This document shows, piece by piece, positions 1 to 5,851 of a stretch of DNA of 12,237 nt. The translations under genes were made by a program, and so were the position numbers. The stretch spans positions 1 to 12,237 of the forward strand of contig JAZDPV010000010.1 of NCBI GenBank assembly GCA_043797265.1, given 5' to 3'. The stretch comes from an archaeon (GTDB lineage: Archaea > Nanobdellota > Nanobdellia > Pacearchaeales > GW2011-AR1). Below the pieces are notes generated by a model, which did no database searches, was not told where the DNA came from, and worked only from the letters and a program-made list of their open reading frames with translations. Position 1 is the first letter of the stretch. Every line of letters starts with the position of its first letter.

Positions 1-1
1 A

Positions 2-94
2 TCAAAAGGCGACACAATAAAATTCCAAGGAAGACGCGACACCTACAAAAACAAAGAACAAATCATCGTCGACAAATTAATATGCTCAACCTAA
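2..94 (+). CDS. 3' end of an OB-fold nucleic-acid-binding domain protein (partial, runs off the left edge)
   Basis: Frame 2 reads SKGDTIKFQGRRDTYKNKEQIIVDKLICST*, with TAA at 92-94. The G-D-x-I-x-x-x-G...Y...Q-I-x-x-x-x-L pattern is typical of OB-fold C-terminal strands. It overlaps the next ATG at 82 and is not in the supplied ORF track. Confidence 0.55.
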   Translation, partial: SKGDTIKFQGRRDTYKNKEQIIVDKLICST

Positions 95-1272
95 TCCTCC
101 CTCTGCTCCTTGGTGTGCTTTCCGGAACCCTAACAGGCCTCACCCCCGGCATCCACATCAACCTCATCGCCATATTCCTCCTCTCTCTCGCAACCATCTC
201 TCAATTCCAACCAATCACCCTAATTATTTTCATTGTGGCGATGGCGACAACTCACACATTCCTCGACTTCATCCCCGCAATTTTTCTTGGCGCTCCCGAC
301 GAAGACACCGGGCTCGGAACCCTCCCTGGCCACGAACTCCTTCTCGCCGGCAACGGACACCACGCCCTAAAACTCACGCTCATCGGCTCGACCATCGCGA
401 CGATTTCCCTTTTCCTAATCGTCCCCATCTTCCTAATTATCATCCCAAAAATTTTCCCGTTCCTCCAGCGCATGATGGCGTTCATCCTCGTCTGGGCCGT
501 TATTTTTCTAATCTACAGCGAAAAACAATCCAAAATAAAAGCAATACTCATATTCATTCTCGCCGGCTTCGTCGGTCTCGCCACTTTAAACCTTGATATC
601 AAACAACCCCTCCTCCCGCTCCTTACCGGACTCTTCGGAACCTCGACGATAATCCACTCAATCAAATCCAAAACAATAATCCCAAAACAAAAAATCCAAA
701 AACTAAACCTCGACAAAAAAGAACTAATCAAGCCAACCCTTGCAACAATTCTCGTCTCGCCAATTTGTTCTTTCTTCCCCGGTCTCGGCTCATCCCAGGC
801 CGCAATCATCGGCTCCGAAATCACTGGCAAACTAAACCGCGAACAATTCCTCGTCCTCCTCGGCTCAGTCAACACAATCGTCATGTCAATCTCCTTCGTC
901 ACGCTATTCCTCATCCAAAAATCCCGGACCGGCGCCGCGTTCGCCATCTCCCAAATCACAACACTATCGACGACAATTCTAATCACAATCTTCATCACAA
1001 TAATTCTATCAACAATTCTCGCAATCCCCATCGCCATCACAATCTCAAAACTCATCGCCAAAAACATCCACAAAATCCCCTACGCAAAAATATCGACAAC
1101 AATCCTCATCTTCCTAATTATAATTATATTCTTCCTCACCGGACCACTCGGGCTAATCACCCTCGCTGTCACAACAACAATCGGGCTGACCTGCATCGAA
1201 TTTCAAACCCGCCGAAGTTTCCTTATGGGCGCAATCCTTATCCCAACAATAATTTTTTATCTGCCATTCTAA
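82..1272 (+). CDS. TctA-family (archaeal DUF112/COG1784-type) multi-pass membrane protein, tripartite tricarboxylate transporter permease-like; substrate unknown
   Basis: 396 aa and very hydrophobic. Family motifs include GLTPGIHIN, THTFLDFIPAIFLGAPD, LPGH, GLFG, PGLGSS and SRTGA. The two halves echo each other (PGIH / PGLG). Confidence 0.8.
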   Translation: MLNLILPLLLGVLSGTLTGLTPGIHINLIAIFLLSLATISQFQPITLIIFIVAMATTHTFLDFIPAIFLGAPDEDTGLGTLPGHELLLAGNGHHALKLTLIGSTIATISLFLIVPIFLIIIPKIFPFLQRMMAFILVWAVIFLIYSEKQSKIKAILIFILAGFVGLATLNLDIKQPLLPLLTGLFGTSTIIHSIKSKTIIPKQKIQKLNLDKKELIKPTLATILVSPICSFFPGLGSSQAAIIGSEITGKLNREQFLVLLGSVNTIVMSISFVTLFLIQKSRTGAAFAISQITTLSTTILITIFITIILSTILAIPIAITISKLIAKNIHKIPYAKISTTILIFLIIIIFFLTGPLGLITLAVTTTIGLTCIEFQTRRSFLMGAILIPTIIFYLPF

Positions 1273-1283
1273 AAATATATAAA
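1271..1283 (+). promoter_or_regulatory. Putative archaeal BRE/TATA promoter for 1306..1518 and ybjQ (leaderless)
   Basis: AAAAA followed by TATATAAA (1276-1283), 23-30 nt upstream of the ATG at 1306. No Shine-Dalgarno sequence. Confidence 0.55.
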
Positions 1284-1305
1284 CATCGTCAAACTAAATA
1301 CTAAT

Positions 1306-1518
1306 ATGGTAAAAAGCGCAACAATAACCGGAATAGCAATAATCATCTTCGGCGTTTGGATATCTCTCGAAATTCTCGCCAGCAAAGACGCACCCCTCTG
1401 GGTTCAAATCTACCCAACAATAATAATAATCGTGGGCATCACACTAATTGCCCTCCGTAAAAAAGAAAATGAAATAGAACAAAGGAAAGATATTAAAACA
1501 AAAAAATCCAACCACTAA
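1306..1518 (+). CDS. Small hypothetical membrane protein (two transmembrane helices, basic C-terminal tail)
   Basis: 70 aa with two hydrophobic segments (ITGIAIIIFGVWISL and IYPTIIIIVGITLIAL). A TATA box lies upstream, and the stop is 1 nt before the ybjQ ATG. Confidence 0.7.
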   Translation: MVKSATITGIAIIIFGVWISLEILASKDAPLWVQIYPTIIIIVGITLIALRKKENEIEQRKDIKTKKSNH

Positions 1519-1519
1519 C

Positions 1520-1843
1520 ATGAAAGAACTAATCACTACAACCACAATGGAAATCCCAGGAAGACAAATTATAAAAATCCTTGGCGTCGCAAAAGGCAAT
1601 ACAATCCGGGCAAGACACGTCGGACGAGACATCGCAGCCGGATTCAAAAACCTCGTCGGTGGCGAAATAAAATCTTATACCGAAATGACAACTCAAGCAC
1701 GAGAAGAAGCATTCAACCGGATGGTAAACGACGCAATCTCGATGGGCGCCGACGCAATCGTCGGAATCCGCTACTCAACCTCAATGATTATGACTGGCGC
1801 CGCCGAAATGCTCGCTTATGGCACAGCAGTAAAGTTAAAATAA
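1520..1843 (+). CDS. ybjQ: YbjQ/UPF0145 family protein (putative heavy-metal binding)
   Basis: 107 aa with the family motifs TTxxIPG, GRDIAAGFKNLVGGEIKSY, AREEAFNRM, GADAIVGIRY and AYGTAV. Confidence 0.92.
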   Translation: MKELITTTTMEIPGRQIIKILGVAKGNTIRARHVGRDIAAGFKNLVGGEIKSYTEMTTQAREEAFNRMVNDAISMGADAIVGIRYSTSMIMTGAAEMLAYGTAVKLK

Positions 1844-1908
1844 ACACAATTCCCAATCCATGCCATACCATCCTTTTTCTATTCAGTCAAACCCCAAAAA
1901 TTTTTCTT

Positions 1909-1944
1909 ATCCGCGAAATCCACAAAATCCTTCTCATCCGTGTT
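1909..1944. repeat. Degenerate 9-bp-period repeat (ATCC-N5) x4
   Basis: atccgcgaa atccacaaa atccttctc atccgtgtt. ATCC recurs at 1909, 1918, 1927 and 1936 in the ybjQ/dnaE convergent spacer. Confidence 0.5.
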
Positions 1945-2053
1945 GCCCCATCTTCAACCAAACTCCCAGCACAAATAAACTTTGCTCAACCAAATTCTTC
2001 TCATCCAATCAACATCTCACCCAAAACCCCCCTCAATAAAATCACTTCCAAAA

Positions 2054-5000
2054 TCAAACCGCCTCGCACACAAGCACACTCTTCGCAATAAACGCATTCC
2101 CAAATTCCTCACTCTCTTTAAACTTCCCCGCAATCCTAACACCGTCCCCCTCCTTCACCATCCTGCCTCCAAAACATTCCGCAAAATCCCTCGGGAAAAT
2201 CGTCACCTTCAACTCCCCACTCTTGTTAACAATATCCATGAACGCCATGTCGTCCCCGCTCTTCGTAACAATCTGGCTAAACCTTTTCACTATCCCAAAA
2301 ACTTCCGTCTCCATATCTTCCTTCAAACTATCAAACGAACTATAATCCCCATTCTTCGACTCAATATAAGCATCAATCGGATGCCCCGAAACACAAACTC
2401 CCAAAAGCTCCGACTCCAAAGCCAGCATATCCTTCAACGCCATCTGTGGCAAATCCGGATACTCGACCTTCTTCGCGACACCGCCAAACAAAGTCATCTG
2501 CTTCTCCGCCGAACTAACCTCCTTCCCGACGCTCTCATAAACTTTCAACAAACTCGCCCGATTTATCCCCAACTCATCAAAACACCCGACCGAAATCAAA
2601 TTATGGCAAATCCTTTTATTCACCTTCGACAAATCAACCCTATTAATAAAATCCTGATAAGAAGAATATGGCCTCCCCGCCATAATCCTCGCCAACGCCT
2701 CCGCCCCGACATTCTTAATCCCAGACAACCCAACACGAATAACCCTCTCCCCATCCTTTTCCTCGACGCTAAACGACTCCTCCGAAGTATTAATATCCGG
2801 ATGCAAAATCCTAATCCCCTCGCCCCTCGCCGCCCCCAAATAAAACGCCAATTTATCCGGGTCTCCAACCGCCGAAGAAATCGTCGCCGCATAAAACTCA
2901 ACCGGATAATACTTCTTCAAATACGCCGTCCGATAAGAAATTAAAGCATACGCCGCCGCATGCGACTTATTAAAAGAATACGCCGCAAACTTCACAATAT
3001 CATCCCACAATTTATCAACATCCTCTCGCTTCATCCCCGAATACTCAACACACCCATCCCTAAACTGCCTCTCCATCTTCTCCATCAAATCCAACTTCTT
3101 CTTCCCAATCGCCTTCCTCAAAACATCCGAGTCCCCTGCGCTAAAACCAGCCAACGCCCTCGACAACTGCATCACCTGTTCCTGATAAACCATAATCCCA
3201 TAAGTCGACGCCAAAATTTCCTTCGCCTTCGAATGCGGATAAGTCACACTCTCGCGCCCATGCTTCCGATTCGCATAAGTCTCCAAATATTGCATCGGCC
3301 CCGGACGATACAACGCAACAATCGCAATTATATCATCAAAGCAAGTCGGCTGAATCATTCTCAATGTCTTCCTCATCCCCTCGCTTTCAATCTGAAAAAC
3401 CCCGACGCTCTTCGCCTCCCTCAACATCTTATAAACCCCGTCGTCGTCCAGCGGAATATTCTCAAGCCACTCGCCATCTTTCCCAATCACATCCAAAACT
3501 TTCTTAATTACATTCAGCGTCTCAAGCCCCAGCATGTCAAACTTAACCAAGCCATACCTCTCAATATCCGGGCCCTCCACCTGCGTAATCATATTCCCGT
3601 CCTTCACGTACGTCGGTATATATTCATTAATCCCCTCCCTCCCCCAAACAACCCCGCAAGCATGAACCCCCTTGTGCCGCACGCACCCCTCCAGCCTCAT
3701 CGCAACCTCAAACAACTTCTCATTCCTCCTCCTAAATTCCCGCAACTGCTCGGCCCCGGCCGTCAACCTCCCGTCTCTCTCCGCATCCAAACTTTCCTGA
3801 ATCGTCTTCTCACTAACCAGCTTTGTAATCGCATTCGCCTCTTCAAACGGCACACGAAAAACTCTCATCACATCCTTCAAAACCGCCTTCGCCGACATCG
3901 TCCCAAACGTCCCAATCAACGACACTTTCTCCTCGCCATACTTCTTCTTCACATAACCCAAAACTATATCCTTGTCCCCAAAGTCAACATCAAAATCCGG
4001 CAACGAAATTCTATCGGGATTCAAAAACCTTTCAAATAACAATCCCAACGCCAATGGATCCAGTTGGGTAATCCCAAGCGAATAAGCAACAATCGAACCC
4101 GCACCCGAACCACGCCCCGGCCCAACCTGGCAAAACTTTTTTGCCTCCCGGATAAAATCAGCGACGATAAGGAAATACGCCTCGAACCCCATCTTCTCAA
4201 TTACCCCAAGTTCATACTCCATCCGCGCAACCGCCTCGCCGTAATTTTCCCGCCCGCCATAAATCCTGTCAACCCCCTCCCTGCACAACTTATACAAATA
4301 ATCTTTATGACTCATCCCCCCCGGCAACTCAAAATGCGGAAAAATCGTCTCACCCATCTCCAGCTCAACATTACACCGCTCAGCAATCTCCGTCGACAAA
4401 TCAACCCACTCCGGATTATCCAGGAACAAATCCCTAACCTCCTCCTCGCTCTTAATCCAATACCCCGCCCCATCAAACTTAAACCGCTCCTCCTGATTCA
4501 TATCTCCATTCGTCTGAATCGCCAACATCACCTCGTGTGAATAAGCATCCTCCTCTTTCAAGAAATGCGAATCTACCGTCGCCACGATTTTAATTCCCAT
4601 CTCATTCGCAACTTTCTTGTAAAAAATCCTGACAACTTCCTCCTCGGCAATCCCGTGATTCTGCGCCTCTAAATAAAAATTCTCCTTTCCAAAAATATCA
4701 ACATACTCGCCAATCAACTCCCTCGCCTTATTTTCGTCCCCGTCGATAACCGCCTGCGCGACATCATTCGCGATACACGCGCTCATGCAAATCAATCCCT
4801 TCGAATATTTTCTCAACGTTTCCTTGTCTAATCTTGGACGATAATAAAACCCCTCGCCATTCGCAATCGAAACCAATTTAATCAAATTCTTGTAACCCTC
4901 AAAATCCCTCGCCAACAAATTCAAATGATAATTCTTCACGTCCTTATCCCTCGCCCTCATATCGTCGGTAATATACGCCTCAAACCCAAAAATCAATTTC

Positions 5001-5176
5001 ACCCCCGCCTTCTTCGCCAAATCATATTTCTTAATCACCGCCCCCATGTTCCCGTGCTCGGTAATCGCGACCGCGCTCTGCCCCAACTCCTTCACCCTCT
5101 CAAACAACTCCTCAATCTTCGTCGCCCCATCCAACAACGAATACTCCGTATGCAAATGCAAATGACAAAACCCCAT
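2054..5176 (-). CDS. dnaE: DNA polymerase III alpha subunit (family C, DnaE-type) with PHP domain, palm, HhH, clamp-binding motif and OB fold; no C-terminal tau-binding domain
   Basis: Motifs HLHLHTEYSLLDG, TEHG, GFYYRPRLD, VGPGRGSGAGS, LLFERFLNPDR, catalytic PDFDVD (3983-4000) and KFD (3536-3544), ALYRPGP, YGIMVYQEQ, FNKSHAAAY, IKNVG and QMTLF (2486-2500). The start is placed at ATG 5176 (MGFCHLH, about 1040 aa) rather than TTG 5194. Confidence 0.96.
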   Translation of the reverse strand: MGFCHLHLHTEYSLLDGATKIEELFERVKELGQSAVAITEHGNMGAVIKKYDLAKKAGVKLIFGFEAYITDDMRARDKDVKNYHLNLLARDFEGYKNLIKLVSIANGEGFYYRPRLDKETLRKYSKGLICMSACIANDVAQAVIDGDENKARELIGEYVDIFGKENFYLEAQNHGIAEEEVVRIFYKKVANEMGIKIVATVDSHFLKEEDAYSHEVMLAIQTNGDMNQEERFKFDGAGYWIKSEEEVRDLFLDNPEWVDLSTEIAERCNVELEMGETIFPHFELPGGMSHKDYLYKLCREGVDRIYGGRENYGEAVARMEYELGVIEKMGFEAYFLIVADFIREAKKFCQVGPGRGSGAGSIVAYSLGITQLDPLALGLLFERFLNPDRISLPDFDVDFGDKDIVLGYVKKKYGEEKVSLIGTFGTMSAKAVLKDVMRVFRVPFEEANAITKLVSEKTIQESLDAERDGRLTAGAEQLREFRRRNEKLFEVAMRLEGCVRHKGVHACGVVWGREGINEYIPTYVKDGNMITQVEGPDIERYGLVKFDMLGLETLNVIKKVLDVIGKDGEWLENIPLDDDGVYKMLREAKSVGVFQIESEGMRKTLRMIQPTCFDDIIAIVALYRPGPMQYLETYANRKHGRESVTYPHSKAKEILASTYGIMVYQEQVMQLSRALAGFSAGDSDVLRKAIGKKKLDLMEKMERQFRDGCVEYSGMKREDVDKLWDDIVKFAAYSFNKSHAAAYALISYRTAYLKKYYPVEFYAATISSAVGDPDKLAFYLGAARGEGIRILHPDINTSEESFSVEEKDGERVIRVGLSGIKNVGAEALARIMAGRPYSSYQDFINRVDLSKVNKRICHNLISVGCFDELGINRASLLKVYESVGKEVSSAEKQMTLFGGVAKKVEYPDLPQMALKDMLALESELLGVCVSGHPIDAYIESKNGDYSSFDSLKEDMETEVFGIVKRFSQIVTKSGDDMAFMDIVNKSGELKVTIFPRDFAECFGGRMVKEGDGVRIAGKFKESEEFGNAFIAKSVLVCEAV

Positions 5177-5197
5177 GAAGAAAAAAATTCCCAACCC

Positions 5198-5212
5198 TTT
5201 ATATTTATTATT
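5198..5212 (-). promoter_or_regulatory. Putative archaeal TATA promoter of dnaE (leaderless)
   Basis: The minus strand reads AATAATAAATATAAA. AATATAAA (5205-5198) lies 22-29 nt upstream of ATG 5176, and the DNA just before the ATG is T-rich with no Shine-Dalgarno sequence. Confidence 0.5.
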
Positions 5213-5226
5213 ATACTATTCTAAAA

Positions 5227-5553
5227 TTACCTTTGTTCTTCCACTACAAAATAAGTATTAGTCCAAGAACCCCCAACATAAACCTTACTTCCATTATCAG
5301 TCTTAAATGGCCCATTAGTATTATAAATCCTATTTTCACCTAATTGAATCCAGTACTTATCCTCAGCTAAAATTCTATCATCTCGTTTAACGCTCGCAGG
5401 AGCCCCTTGAAGCTTAAATTTATACACATCACTTATTCCCCTTGACCCCCAAAAATCACCAATTGCACCAGCAAATAATGTGGCACATCCAATAATCACA
5501 CCACCAACTGCCGTGATTAAAGCACCCTTGCCTATTTTTTCTAAACTTCCCAT
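5227..5553 (-). CDS. Hypothetical protein with an N-terminal transmembrane/signal segment
   Basis: 108 aa with an ATG start and its own BRE-TATA promoter. A hydrophobic segment (ALITAVGGVIIGCATLFAGAI) precedes a beta-rich soluble region. Confidence 0.7.
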   Translation of the reverse strand: MGSLEKIGKGALITAVGGVIIGCATLFAGAIGDFWGSRGISDVYKFKLQGAPASVKRDDRILAEDKYWIQLGENRIYNTNGPFKTDNGSKVYVGGSWTNTYFVVEEQR

Positions 5554-5575
5554 AAAAATAACACAAATCCATTAG

Positions 5576-5590
5576 TTATAAAACTTTTCC
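5576..5590 (-). promoter_or_regulatory. Archaeal BRE-TATA promoter for 5227..5553
   Basis: The minus strand reads GGAAAAG-TTTTATAA, a canonical purine-rich BRE plus TATA box, with the TATA 23-30 nt upstream of ATG 5553. Confidence 0.7.
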
Positions 5591-5619
5591 TAAAATTTCA
5601 CCACCAACCAACAAAAACA

Positions 5620-5663
5620 TCCACAAGAAATACGGCGTCGAAGACGACGTAATTTTTTGTGGA
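5620..5663. repeat. Imperfect inverted repeat (about 20-bp stem, GAA loop)
   Basis: TCCACAAGAAATACGGCGTC-GAA-GACGACGTAATTTTTTGTGGA, with two mismatches and one bulge. Confidence 0.75.
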
Positions 5664-5750
5664 ATAAAATCGAATCAATAACTCAACTAGAAATCCTATT
5701 CATCCTACTTTTTACCATACTAATCAAAACTCAACTTCAACTAAATGAAA

Positions 5751-5777
5751 TCCGTGTTTGTCCGTGTTTGTCCGTGT
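5751..5777. repeat. 10-bp tandem repeat TCCGTGTTTG x2.7
   Basis: tccgtgtttg tccgtgtttg tccgtgt, intergenic and downstream of DP2. Confidence 0.85.
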
Positions 5778-5830
5778 GCCATTATTCTTAAAATAAAAGT
5801 CACACAAATCAAAAACTAACATCCTTATTC

Positions 5831-5851
5831 TAAAAATCCTAAAGATAAAAA
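5831..5851 (-). terminator. Possible oligo-T archaeal terminator after DP2
   Basis: The minus strand directly after the TAG reads TTTTTATCTTTAGGATTTTTA. Confidence 0.35.

Noticed and set aside
252-1647. ORFs 252..485, 513..1073, 765..1304 and 1444..1647
   Set aside because: They are alternative-frame or antisense overlaps of the TctA-like and ybjQ genes with no family features.
1844-2053. Small gene or RNA in the ybjQ-dnaE spacer
   Set aside because: The minus-strand frames I read are interrupted by stops, and I found no tRNA-like fold or convincing ORF.
1982-5224. Long plus-strand ORFs antisense to dnaE (1982..2944, 2960..4039, 4064..4540, 4925..5224) and minus-strand 2620..2901
   Set aside because: These are shadow frames of a clearly real gene. 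They are Pro/Leu/His/Asn- or Arg-rich, have no recognisable motifs, and their open frames are explained by the codon bias of the real gene.
2054-5553. dnaE as part of a prophage or an imuA-imuB-dnaE2 mutagenesis cassette
   Set aside because: No phage, integrase or imuAB genes are adjacent, and the intact PHP site and internal clamp motif are DnaE1-like.
5554-5851. CRISPR array or IS element in the DP2 downstream spacer
   Set aside because: There is only one hairpin and a 10-bp tandem repeat, with no repeat-spacer periodicity, transposase or terminal inverted repeats.
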